64,000 bases of DNA from an uncultured Desulfurococcales archaeon (GTDB lineage Archaea; Thermoproteota; Thermoprotei_A; CAZTBM01; SZUA-1508), in the NCBI GenBank assembly GCA_964611985.1, contig CAZTBM010000007.1:6024-70023 (forward strand), read 5' to 3'. Numbering within the stretch: position 1 is the stretch's first letter; every line of letters begins with the position of its first letter. Shown here piece by piece: positions 19,726-29,573 of the stretch. A model generated the notes under the pieces. That model did no database searches, was not told the DNA's origin, and saw only the letters and a program-made list of their open reading frames with translations. Both the position numbers and the translations under genes were made by a program.

Positions 19726-20400
19726 GTGGTTAAGGTGAAAACAAAACTCGTATCATGGGACGAGATTGTATCATGGTCCTATGGCTTGGCAAAGAAGATT
19801 AAGGATTCTGGCTATAAACCCAACGTAGTTATAGCTGTTGCACGCGGTGGCTACGTACCAGCCAGGCTAATATGTGATTTCCTTGAAATAGAAAATTTAG
19901 TTTCTATTCAAAGCCAGCACTGGACCGAAGCAGCTAAAATGGCTGAAAAAGCAATAATAAAATTCCAATATAAAATAGACCTTAGTGGAATGAAAGCCCT
20001 ACTAGTAGACGATATTGTCGATACTGGAGAATCACTTATACTAGCTAAGAACTTCATACTCAAGGAGTGGAAGCCTAAGGAGCTAAAAGTTGCCGCCCTC
20101 CAGTGGATCTCTCCAGTCGCTAAATTTAAGCCAGACTACTATTACATAGAGGTGAAAGAGTGGACATGGTTCCAGTATCCATGGACCAGACTTGAAGACG
20201 CAATACAATTCATAAGAAGAATGTTATTAGAAGAGGGTAAGACAAAGAAAGAATGGAGCTATAAAGAGATAATAGATAAATTCTTAGAATGGTATGGTAT
20301 TGATGTAGGAGAACTATACTTCAGGAGTGCAATAGAATACTTAATTGAGCAAGGCTTACTTAAAAAAGTGAGCGAAGATAAATATATGTTAACAAAATAA
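19726..20400 (+). CDS. Type I phosphoribosyltransferase (purine PRTase-like) with C-terminal helical extension
   Basis: AVARGGYVPA, LLVDDIVDTGES, PDYY and WFQYPW motifs. Probable GTG start at 19726. Confidence 0.88.
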   Translation: MVKVKTKLVSWDEIVSWSYGLAKKIKDSGYKPNVVIAVARGGYVPARLICDFLEIENLVSIQSQHWTEAAKMAEKAIIKFQYKIDLSGMKALLVDDIVDTGESLILAKNFILKEWKPKELKVAALQWISPVAKFKPDYYYIEVKEWTWFQYPWTRLEDAIQFIRRMLLEEGKTKKEWSYKEIIDKFLEWYGIDVGELYFRSAIEYLIEQGLLKKVSEDKYMLTK

Positions 20401-20427
20401 GGTGAAACAGTTTACGAAGCACTCCTT

Positions 20428-21459
20428 TTAGGCGTATACATTGGCCCTTTTACTCCTAGTATGCTTAGTTATTAGTATACACTCTTTATTCCTTAACTTT
20501 TCATCAACACTTAACTTAACATGCTTGCCGTGAATTTTACGTTTGACCTTTGAAGTAGACATAACTACAAAAGATACTCTAATTACGTAAGGTACTTTTC
20601 TGATGATACGCTTAGCTAAATTCCACGCTAATGCGTGAATTTGAAACAATGATTTAACAGACTCATTTCTGAATAGTACTTCTACTTCTGCTAGTGTACC
20701 TATGGTTTTAACCTTAATCTTTAACATTTCTAATCCTGAAACTTTAGATGCCAAGTATCTTATTCTCCGTTCAAGTAATTTTATCATTCTTTCTCTATCC
20801 TTACCCCTTAGTCGAAGTATTATTTTTTCACCCTTAGCTATGTAACTTAACGCCATATATGCCCCCAAAATCATTGTAGTGTAAGACTCAATTAATGGTG
20901 AAGATGCAATGTTGGATAGAATTATTGCAACACTTTCTCCCAAACTAAGTATTGAAGTGTACTTAAGATTTAATGAAATAAACTGGTCAACTACGAGAGG
21001 TATAGTGAACTTTTCAGTTAGCTCGCTAGCATAAATGTGGATCATGAGAAGACTAAAAAGTAGGTATAATATCAGATGTATTGGCGTAAGAGTTAGAGAC
21101 AATCCTCTAGTGATATTGACATATATTAGCTCCATGATAAAACCCACCATTATGACTATTATTGACAGAGTAAGCCAAGGTTCTAAGGCTAAAATCTTAC
21201 GCTTATACGCATAAGACTGCTTAAGAGATATAGTTTTAAGGATGCTAAGCTTAATCATGTAAGCTATAATAGTAGTAAGCCAAAGCACGGATATCAACAT
21301 TACTGGAATAGAGTTATAATACAATATGTACATTAGTATACCCATAATAGAGTATAGAAAGCAAAGTAGTATAGTCAGGAGCACTCTTTCTAACCGAATA
21401 TTTACTCTCACTTCTTTTTCTACAAACTTTACTATACTCCTGTATCTCCTTGCCCTCAA
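20428..21459 (-). CDS. Membrane protein with a cation-efflux (CDF)-like C-terminal domain
   Basis: About 6 TM segments, then KIKVKTIGTLAEVEV...SLFQIHALAWNL...VPYVIRV, which resembles the CDF dimerisation domain. Confidence 0.55.
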   Translation of the reverse strand: MRARRYRSIVKFVEKEVRVNIRLERVLLTILLCFLYSIMGILMYILYYNSIPVMLISVLWLTTIIAYMIKLSILKTISLKQSYAYKRKILALEPWLTLSIIVIMVGFIMELIYVNITRGLSLTLTPIHLILYLLFSLLMIHIYASELTEKFTIPLVVDQFISLNLKYTSILSLGESVAIILSNIASSPLIESYTTMILGAYMALSYIAKGEKIILRLRGKDRERMIKLLERRIRYLASKVSGLEMLKIKVKTIGTLAEVEVLFRNESVKSLFQIHALAWNLAKRIIRKVPYVIRVSFVVMSTSKVKRKIHGKHVKLSVDEKLRNKECILITKHTRSKRANVYA

Positions 21460-21749
21460 CTTAGCTCACCTCAAGTAAGATGATTAGATGTATTCAATAC
21501 GATTGGCATAATATAGTCTACTTTACATCATTACAGTATTGATCAGATTCAGATAGGGTAGATTTAGTAGAGGTGAACTATATCATTATAATCATTAAGT
21601 ATCATAGGAACGAGTTACGCTTATTAGAACTGACTGCTTAACCTATTAAGATAGTAAATGTAAGAGTTTATAAATTTTATTGCACTTCTCATAAGATATT
21701 GAGGTATCTCTTTAATCCATATTTATTTAGCTCTTGAAATATAAGTGAC

Positions 21750-22610
21750 TTAACGGATAGTTCCCACCATAAAGGCTATCAATCCTAAAAGCATTAACAG
21801 TATTGCTCTCTTCTTTTCTCTTAGGGCAATACTCCTCTTAGGATTCCTTACTATTATTATTGATGAAAGTACAAAGCCTATGTCAACTATTAGTATTAAA
21901 ACTATGTAAAATAAGTTAACAAAGTTCAATATAACCGGTATTGGTGTTAAGGCCACGGCAATTAAATAAAATAGGCTTGCCACTTTTGCAGCAGTTTTCT
22001 CCCCATACACTACAGCTATTGTCCTTACTCCTCTAGCTAGATCACCAGCAACATCAGCTATACCCTTTATAATTTCCCTACCAGTATTAGCGAAAAACAC
22101 TATCATTATAAAGATTATAGTTATCGGATTAAACTCCCTTAACATGGCTTGAGCAAAAATAAATGGTATTGTTACACAAAAACTTACCATCATATTCCCT
22201 GGTAACCCTGTCTTTTTACCCCAGCCATTGTACAATATCGATATAAACCATCCTATTAAGGCTACGAGTAAACAGTATAGGTTAATTAGGCTTGCAAAGA
22301 ATATTCCAATCAGACCTAATATTATTCCATAGGCTAAGGCTGTTGTAGCTGAAATATCGCCTCTAGGTATAGGTCTATTAGGTTCATTTATCAAATCTAT
22401 ATCTTTATCAAAGTAGTCATTAAAAACCATAGATGAGGCTGTTACAAAGAATCCCGTTAAAAAACCGAAAACGATAACAGGTACTGGTAGTATTGACAGA
22501 AAATCTCCACCAGTAACCATAGACAATGCCACTATAACTGCAAAGCCAGACATTACCGAATTTAATGGTCTTATTATCTCTACTAGAGCTTTGACAGCCA
22601 CGACAGCCAC
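21750..22610 (-). CDS. Digeranylgeranylglyceryl phosphate synthase (UbiA family)
   Basis: IRPLN, NDYFDKDIDLINEPNRPIPRG, Y...KK.G..GN and REIIKGIADVAGD motifs. Confidence 0.88.
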   Translation of the reverse strand: MAVVAVKALVEIIRPLNSVMSGFAVIVALSMVTGGDFLSILPVPVIVFGFLTGFFVTASSMVFNDYFDKDIDLINEPNRPIPRGDISATTALAYGIILGLIGIFFASLINLYCLLVALIGWFISILYNGWGKKTGLPGNMMVSFCVTIPFIFAQAMLREFNPITIIFIMIVFFANTGREIIKGIADVAGDLARGVRTIAVVYGEKTAAKVASLFYLIAVALTPIPVILNFVNLFYIVLILIVDIGFVLSSIIIVRNPKRSIALREKKRAILLMLLGLIAFMVGTIR

Positions 22611-22625
22611 CTCAACATTATTTGA

Positions 22626-22892
22626 TTATTTGAGTATTAACCCTCTACCTAAGATGAAAACAATGTACACGAGTAAAAGGATTAAAAGTATTATTGGTGA
22701 AATACCTATAGTTATACCATTACCTTTATAGATGGGATAGTATATTAATGGATGTACTTTTCCCTTACTAAATTTCATAAAGAATTCTACAATATATGGT
22801 GTGACTATAAGTAATAAACCGATAATAATCAGCAATATACCAAAATAGGTGAATACACCGTGGTAATCTTTACTTAAAAGCATGGTATTCAT
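22626..22892 (-). CDS. Small membrane protein (2 TM), hypothetical
   Basis: Two hydrophobic helices flanking VHPLIYYPIYKGNG; co-oriented and tightly spaced with DGGGP synthase. Confidence 0.65.
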   Translation of the reverse strand: MNTMLLSKDYHGVFTYFGILLIIIGLLLIVTPYIVEFFMKFSKGKVHPLIYYPIYKGNGITIGISPIILLILLLVYIVFILGRGLILK

Positions 22893-23090
22893 CGCCTAAA
22901 TATTTCTCTTTGACATCTATTTTCTCATAGCTAACTCTCTTACAATTTAAATATATATGTTTTTAATCTTTTAGTTTAAGTACATTATCATATAGTAGCC
23001 GAACTCTTAATCGTGTTCCTTAAGTGTCCCAAAGACGTATCATACCTTATTTTTAAGGATAGATTATCATCTTTTTGGATGGGATAGAAT

Positions 23091-23768
23091 GTGATAGAAT
23101 TGGTTAATGTAACAAAAGTATACAAAGTTGGATCATCAAAAGTTCTCGCATTAGATAATGTCTCCCTAAAGATACCTACCGGCTCATTCTATGCCATTAT
23201 GGGACCTAGCGGTAGTGGTAAGACAACACTGATTAATATCATTGGTCTACTCGATAAACCATCAAAGGGCAAGGTGTTAATTGACGGAATTGATGTAGGA
23301 AATCTCCCTGAGAAAAAGATAAACCATATAAGAATGAAAAAGATGGGTTTCGTCTTCCAGCTGTTCCATTTAATACCATGGCTCACTGTACTTCAGAATG
23401 TTGAAGTACCAATGATGATTGCAGGTGTACCTAAAAATGTGAGGCGTAAAAGAGCTATCGAATTACTCAAAATGGTGGGCTTAGAAAATAGAATTCACCA
23501 TAGACCAACTCAACTTAGTGGTGGTGAGCAACAAAGAGTAGCTATTGCTAGAGCTTTAGCTAATAATCCAGAGATAATATTAGCTGATGAGCCAACAGGC
23601 AATTTAGACTCTAAAACAGGCCATGAAATTATGGAAGCCCTAGCAAAACTGAATAGGTATGAACATAAGACAGTAATCGTAGTCACTCATGATCCTGAAG
23701 TAGCAAGTTATGCTAATACAATAGTCTATCTACGTGATGGGAAAGTTCAACGAATAGAGGTGAGATAG
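23091..23768 (+). CDS. ABC transporter ATP-binding protein (LolD/MacB type)
   Basis: [39 protein letters not shown] and VTHD motifs. Confidence 0.95.
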   Translation: MIELVNVTKVYKVGSSKVLALDNVSLKIPTGSFYAIMGPSGSGKTTLINIIGLLDKPSKGKVLIDGIDVGNLPEKKINHIRMKKMGFVFQLFHLIPWLTVLQNVEVPMMIAGVPKNVRRKRAIELLKMVGLENRIHHRPTQLSGGEQQRVAIARALANNPEIILADEPTGNLDSKTGHEIMEALAKLNRYEHKTVIVVTHDPEVASYANTIVYLRDGKVQRIEVR

Positions 23769-23769
23769 C

Positions 23770-26700
23770 ATGAAAAGAGAAATGTTATTCTTACCTCTTT
23801 TACTGTTATTCCTCCTCTCAATACTAAGCCAAGCTTTGACCGTAAATGCTGAAGTATACAGGGCTAAGGTAACAGTAAATGATGTATCATGGGGCGGTAA
23901 TGTTGATCCAAGTCCTGGGGATAGAAACTTAGAGCTTCGTGTAACCTTAATGTTAACCTCGTCACTACCCATATCACGTATTAGAGCTACACTTGAATTG
24001 CCAGAAGGCTTTACAGGACCTATGGATACTCCATACTCTAATGCAACATACCCGAGTACTGTGAATCCAAATACTGAATTTACATTAAAGTTCAAGGTGA
24101 ATATTGGTGATGACGTATCAATAGGCCTGTACAATGCTACACTTAAACTTAACTACTACCTAGTTTACGGTAAGTGGCTTGAGGAAGGTGAGGAAATAGC
24201 ACTTAATATACCAATAAAGGTTTTAGGGAGACCAGAGATAAAAGTAACCTTATCTCCTAAGAAGCTTACGCCAGCAACAATGAACAATGTGACATTAGTT
24301 ATAAAGAATGAAGGAACAGGTGAAGCAAAAGATCTCTCAGTAGCTTTACTCCTACAAAATATGATAATAGTTAATAACGAGAGTACTTACCATTTTGAAT
24401 TACTAAAGCCAAGTGAAGAAAAGGAAATACACTTACAAATGTATGTTAACCATAATGTTCAAGAGAAAATCATAAGCATACCAATAATCGTTACATATAT
24501 TTCCCCCTATGGGGTAGTAAGAACAGAGCAATACACCATTGATACGATAGTTACAAGCCTTCCTAAACGAGATTTTGAATTAGGAGCCAATACAACAAAT
24601 GTAAAAGAGCGCGAGGACAATCATATCAAGCTACAGTTAAAGTATATAGGAGTAACAAGGATATACAATGTAACCATATCGACAAGCGTAAATAATGGTA
24701 TAATAATACGTGAGAAGACACCAACTTATATATTAAGCAAGCTTAACCCCGACGAGGTAGTGGATATACCTTTAACAGTTTACGTCTTTCAGAACACAAA
24801 GACACTAACAATAAACGTCTACATCAAATATCACGATGAGATAGGAATAGAATACACTGCAACAACAAATCTTGTTCTTAAAGTAGTACGAGAAGTAGAA
24901 TCTGAAGGATCCATTATGGTATATGCTAATACTAGTGAGCTGATGGAGGGAGAGATTAATAATATACAGCTAATTATAATCAACACTTATAAATACACAA
25001 TATATGACGTTATACTATCAACTTCCGTATCACAGTCCTTTACAATTTTAGGTAACCGCACATTTTACATTGAAAGCTTAAATCAGAATGAGAAAGCAGT
25101 GATAAATCTTAAGGTGAATGTACCTTATGGTGTATTAGGCTCAACAGGCTACTTAACCATAAATGTAATCTATAAGGATATAAGCGGCTCCCTCGAAAAC
25201 AAAGCATTTTACATCGGATTTATTGTGAAAACAAGAAAAGTAGCTGGAGGCAAATTAGTAATACAAGCTATTACTACAAACGTGACGGCAGGAGTTATTA
25301 ATAGTATTCATGTGATACTAAGGAATATTGGAAATGAGAAATTAAGGAATATTAAGGTTCAAGCACAATCTCCACAATACGTTATAATAGGTAATAGTGA
25401 ACTTATTATTGACCAGCTAGAACCAGGCGAGAAGAGAGATCTAAGCTTTACAATATATGTACCAGTAAATGCAGCTGGCTCATCAGGGAAAATAACATTA
25501 AATATACAGTATGAGACATTATATTCTCAATTCTCTGATACTGCTACTATAGGATTCTATGTGAGTAGAATAGCTAAATATAGTAGAATCATTGTCGAAG
25601 CCTCACCGCTCTACTTGACCGCTAATACAATGAATACAGTTAATATCACTCTAGTTAATACTGGAAAAACAATGAGCAACGTTAAGATGATGCTATCTGG
25701 ATCTCAAGGTTTACAAATCTTTGGTAGAAGAGTGTATTCATTCAGCACAATAAATAGTAACGAGGAAAAGCAAATAAAAGTTGAGCTCTATCCCATGGCT
25801 AACATCGTTAATACTGTGGCATACCTGACATTGCAAATAACATATGAGGATATAGTTGAAGGCAAAAGCTATACTGAAACACACTACTTAGGCTTCTATG
25901 TCCAAAACATCACCCTCCGCGAACCAAGAGTTGTTGTTGAAATCTTAAACTCAACATTATACTCAAAAAAGACAAACACCGTGTACTTACTAATACGGAA
26001 TATAGGACTAGAAGAAGCATATGACATAAGAGTGGATATACAAACCCCCACGACAATCACTATAATAAAACCATCATCACATATAGAGATAGATAAAATA
26101 AGCGCTGGAAAATCTATTATAGAAAAGTTAATGCTTTATGTCGGGAATGTTCAGTCAAGAAGTGTAGGTAAAATAACAATCACCATTAGGTACAGTGATA
26201 TTTCTGGTCAAGAAAGGAGCATGAGTATACAGAAAGGGCTTATTGTAGAACCTTACATTACTGTTTCACCAGTGAGCATATACGTTAACACTCCTGACCT
26301 CTATGGTGGATTGCTAAATAACATAACATTGTTCATAGAGAATAACGGTGATGAAGACTTACTGGACGTACAGGTAATCATAACAACACCGCAGCAAGTC
26401 TCACTTATGGGGATAGATAATAGATTCTATATAGCGGTACTTAAAGCTAAGGAGAAAATTCCAATAAAGCTGGCGCTTTATGCGGCACAACAAGCTATAG
26501 GACAGGCAAGCAAGTTAACTATAACCATAAGTTATGCTGATCGATACGGTGACGTTTACACTGAAAATAGGATTATAGGACTTAGTATTAGGGGTAAAAT
26601 AGACTTAAAACTAACAGGTATTACCATAACACCAACACCTGTAGCCCCAGGCTCAACATTAACTATTAGCGGACTAATAATAAACACGGGAACAACCACT

Positions 26701-27099
26701 GCAAAATCAGTTACATTAAGTATTCTAAGAAAGACCCCCTTTGAACCCATAGCTATACTAGGCGGAACAGTAGTAGGCGATATACCTTCAGGTGTCCAGT
26801 TACCTTTCACGTTATCATGCAATATTGCCGAAGATGCTAAGGAGGGGAGATATACAATTCAAATAGTCATTGAATATATTGATGATAGAGGTATGCCAGT
26901 TAAAAAGACTGAACAGTTACCAGTAGTAATATCATCACATACTATGCCAAGTAAAACTAAATCTGTGCAGTCTAAACCTGCAATAGAGTTTATACCATAT
27001 AGTAGTAACTTGTTCTATTTAGGCTTGGGAGTGCTGATAGGCTTAGTTGTGATGGTTCCTGTAGTTCTTAAAATTAAGAAGAGTACAAGTGAGGAGTAA
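23770..27099 (+). CDS. Secreted, membrane-anchored multi-Ig-like (COG1361 S-layer-domain-like) protein
   Basis: Signal peptide, about 8-9 beta-rich repeats with N-x-[IV]-x-L-x-I-x-N-x-G motifs, C-terminal TM plus basic tail; sits between the ABC ATPase and permease. Confidence 0.8.
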   Translation: MKREMLFLPLLLLFLLSILSQALTVNAEVYRAKVTVNDVSWGGNVDPSPGDRNLELRVTLMLTSSLPISRIRATLELPEGFTGPMDTPYSNATYPSTVNPNTEFTLKFKVNIGDDVSIGLYNATLKLNYYLVYGKWLEEGEEIALNIPIKVLGRPEIKVTLSPKKLTPATMNNVTLVIKNEGTGEAKDLSVALLLQNMIIVNNESTYHFELLKPSEEKEIHLQMYVNHNVQEKIISIPIIVTYISPYGVVRTEQYTIDTIVTSLPKRDFELGANTTNVKEREDNHIKLQLKYIGVTRIYNVTISTSVNNGIIIREKTPTYILSKLNPDEVVDIPLTVYVFQNTKTLTINVYIKYHDEIGIEYTATTNLVLKVVREVESEGSIMVYANTSELMEGEINNIQLIIINTYKYTIYDVILSTSVSQSFTILGNRTFYIESLNQNEKAVINLKVNVPYGVLGSTGYLTINVIYKDISGSLENKAFYIGFIVKTRKVAGGKLVIQAITTNVTAGVINSIHVILRNIGNEKLRNIKVQAQSPQYVIIGNSELIIDQLEPGEKRDLSFTIYVPVNAAGSSGKITLNIQYETLYSQFSDTATIGFYVSRIAKYSRIIVEASPLYLTANTMNTVNITLVNTGKTMSNVKMMLSGSQGLQIFGRRVYSFSTINSNEEKQIKVELYPMANIVNTVAYLTLQITYEDIVEGKSYTETHYLGFYVQNITLREPRVVVEILNSTLYSKKTNTVYLLIRNIGLEEAYDIRVDIQTPTTITIIKPSSHIEIDKISAGKSIIEKLMLYVGNVQSRSVGKITITIRYSDISGQERSMSIQKGLIVEPYITVSPVSIYVNTPDLYGGLLNNITLFIENNGDEDLLDVQVIITTPQQVSLMGIDNRFYIAVLKAKEKIPIKLALYAAQQAIGQASKLTITISYADRYGDVYTENRIIGLSIRGKIDLKLTGITITPTPVAPGSTLTISGLIINTGTTTAKSVTLSILRKTPFEPIAILGGTVVGDIPSGVQLPFTLSCNIAEDAKEGRYTIQIVIEYIDDRGMPVKKTEQLPVVISSHTMPSKTKSVQSKPAIEFIPYSSNLFYLGLGVLIGLVVMVPVVLKIKKSTSEE

Positions 27100-28358
27100 T
27101 GAGAATACTTGATATTATCCTTTTTTCATTTCAAGCATTAACTCATAGAAGGCTTAGAGCAATATTAACAGTAGCCGGTGTTGTAATAGGCATCATGACT
27201 TTAACTTATCTACTGTCAACTAGTGAGAGTTTCAGAGTTAATGTTGAAAGCACAATATCGAAAATAGGTGCTACTACAATAGTCGTTCTATCAGGTAGCT
27301 ATAAACTCACAAGCAAAGACGTCATTATACTAAGAGGAATTAATGGCATAAAGGATGTAGTTCCATTCTTTATAAGTAGAGTGCAGATCAGCGTAGGAGG
27401 TATAACACGCAATGTAATGTTAGTGTGTATTGATCCTATGAAGCTTACTGAAATATTTCCATCACTAAAAGTGCTTGAAGGACAATTGCCTACAGCTAAT
27501 GAATATTCATTAATAGCTGTAGGATATAATATTGCTTTTCCTTCGCCTTTAGAGGAAGGTGAAGGGTCAAGTGAGACTTACATGCCCCTATCCGTAGGTC
27601 AGCAGGTTATCGTGATGACTACCGCTAAGGTTGGCCGTCAAAAAGTACAGGTTTCAAGACCTTTCATAGTTAAATGTATTCTAGATAAGATCGGCGCAAC
27701 TCTATTCATACCAGTAGACGACTCAATAATAGTTCCGTCAGCAATGCTCTCAATTATTGCTAGAAGGGTTCAAATTTACACAGGTTTATTTATAATAGTC
27801 GACGATATAGATCATGTTGATGCAGTCTCTGATGCTATAAAACAGAAGTTTGGAAGAGGTATAAGAATTATTGTTCCCACACAAATACTTGAACATGTGA
27901 GTAATGTTCTCAGCCAGGTTCAAATATTTCTAGGAGGATTAGCCACGATCTCATTGGTTGTCGCATCCGTTGGAATAGCTAATATAATGTACATTTCTGT
28001 TATGGAGCGAACTAGAATTATAGGTTTACTTAGAGCTTTGGGGCTAAGTCGAAGAGGAGTTATGTCTCTCTTTCTAACTGAATCAGCCTTAATAGGCGTA
28101 ATAGGCGGAGTTATAGGCTTAGTTTCAGGGTATATGATTGCTTTCACTTTAGGTAACACACTATTACCTATTGGGATGGGTATGAGAGGTAAGAGACCAC
28201 CATCTGCTTCTCCATACTACCCAATAGCCCCTACTGTAAATTATGAGATAGTATTGTTGGCTTTAGGATTGGCTTTACTAGTGAGTATACTAGCCGGCTT
28301 ATATCCGGCATACAAAGCTTCTAAGCTTAAACCATCTGAAGCATTAAGATACGAGTAA
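27099..28358 (+). CDS. MacB/FtsX-like ABC permease
   Basis: RRLRAILTVAGVVIGI, GIANIMYISVMERTRIIGLLRALG and AGLYPAYKASKLKPSEALRYE motifs. Confidence 0.95.
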   Translation: MRILDIILFSFQALTHRRLRAILTVAGVVIGIMTLTYLLSTSESFRVNVESTISKIGATTIVVLSGSYKLTSKDVIILRGINGIKDVVPFFISRVQISVGGITRNVMLVCIDPMKLTEIFPSLKVLEGQLPTANEYSLIAVGYNIAFPSPLEEGEGSSETYMPLSVGQQVIVMTTAKVGRQKVQVSRPFIVKCILDKIGATLFIPVDDSIIVPSAMLSIIARRVQIYTGLFIIVDDIDHVDAVSDAIKQKFGRGIRIIVPTQILEHVSNVLSQVQIFLGGLATISLVVASVGIANIMYISVMERTRIIGLLRALGLSRRGVMSLFLTESALIGVIGGVIGLVSGYMIAFTLGNTLLPIGMGMRGKRPPSASPYYPIAPTVNYEIVLLALGLALLVSILAGLYPAYKASKLKPSEALRYE

Positions 28359-28363
28359 GGATA

Positions 28364-29173
28364 TTACCCAGTTAACATTTTATTTAATTCATTAACTAAT
28401 GGTTCAAAATATTTGAACTCTTCATTGCTCAGGATTGTGTTAAGATCTAACTTTAGAGGCGTAATTGCTATATTCCCTTCCTCTAAAACTACGTAAACAT
28501 CCGTGTTTGGTTCAGCACTTAAAGGCTCTCCATAAACCCAATAGTATGGTTTTCCTTGTGGATCAACTCTTTTAAGAACTCTCTCCTTAAATCTAAGCTT
28601 AGCCGCAGGAACCACTTTTACCCTAATATCATCTTTGACTTTAGATGGAAAGTTTACGTTCAATAATTCCACACCTTGAGGTATACCGTTTTCCAGAACA
28701 TACTTCGTTATAAACTTCGAGATCTTAACCATAATGGACTTAAGTTTACTATTTTCTACTAATTCGTCAGGTTCACTAACGGCCACAGAGAACGCTATTG
28801 CAGGTATTCCCAGTAATACAGCTTGAATAGCAGCGCCTACGGTACCTGAGGATAGTATAACTTGTATACTTGTGTTATCACCTAGGTTTATACCAGATAA
28901 TACTATGTCAGGCTTTCTTTCTAATAGTTCTGATAGTGCAATATGAATTATATCACTAGGAGTTCCGCTTACAAGATAAGCTTCAAAACCGAAAACTTTC
29001 ATCTTCATTATTCTCAAAGGCTTATGCAATGTTAGCCCAAGTCCAGTAGCGCTCTTCGGTGTTTCAGGAACAACAATAACAACTTTACCTAAATCGCGTA
29101 CAGCCTCGTAAAGTATCCTTAATCCAGGGCTATAAACTCCATCATCATTTGTCACTAATATTAGCGGCTTCAT
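28364..29173 (-). CDS. surE: 5'/3'-nucleotidase SurE
   Basis: ILVTNDDG, SGTPSD, SGINLGDN, SSGTVGAA and LNVNFP motifs. Confidence 0.95.
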   Translation of the reverse strand: MKPLILVTNDDGVYSPGLRILYEAVRDLGKVVIVVPETPKSATGLGLTLHKPLRIMKMKVFGFEAYLVSGTPSDIIHIALSELLERKPDIVLSGINLGDNTSIQVILSSGTVGAAIQAVLLGIPAIAFSVAVSEPDELVENSKLKSIMVKISKFITKYVLENGIPQGVELLNVNFPSKVKDDIRVKVVPAAKLRFKERVLKRVDPQGKPYYWVYGEPLSAEPNTDVYVVLEEGNIAITPLKLDLNTILSNEEFKYFEPLVNELNKMLTG

Positions 29174-29330
29174 GTATAGACACCATTCCCATTTGAGTAT
29201 TTTTGAAGTTGATATAGTGTACTCTACTATAAACTTTTCTTGTATTATTTCACGTTACATTCTAGAGATAAATTAATTTACCAGTATTACTTTTACCAGA
29301 CATCGAAAAGGAATTTGGAGGTTTATTGCG

Positions 29331-29525
29331 ATGTCAGTAGAGAGCAAGTTTATAAAAATAGACCATGAGAAATGTATTGGCTGTGGTGTATGTACAACAG
29401 TGTGTCCTACACAAGCACTATCACTAAATCCTGACGGCAAATCTGTTGTTGACCCAGAGAAATGTACTGGTTGCTTTAGCTGTGTAGGAGTTTGTCCAGT
29501 AGGTGCAATTGAAAAGAAGGAGTAA
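29331..29525 (+). CDS. 2x[4Fe-4S] ferredoxin
   Basis: Two CxxCxxCxxxCP motifs in 64 aa; GGAGG RBS. Confidence 0.92.
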   Translation: MSVESKFIKIDHEKCIGCGVCTTVCPTQALSLNPDGKSVVDPEKCTGCFSCVGVCPVGAIEKKE

Positions 29526-29573
29526 CAGGTAGTTAGTATAAGAATGAAAATAACATTTCTTTTATTCCTTAAA

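Noticed and set aside
21460-21749. 290-bp intergenic gap with several ATGAT/CTGA words on the minus strand
   Set aside because: Box spacing is not compatible with a C/D RNA, and I could not support any stable structure or ORF.
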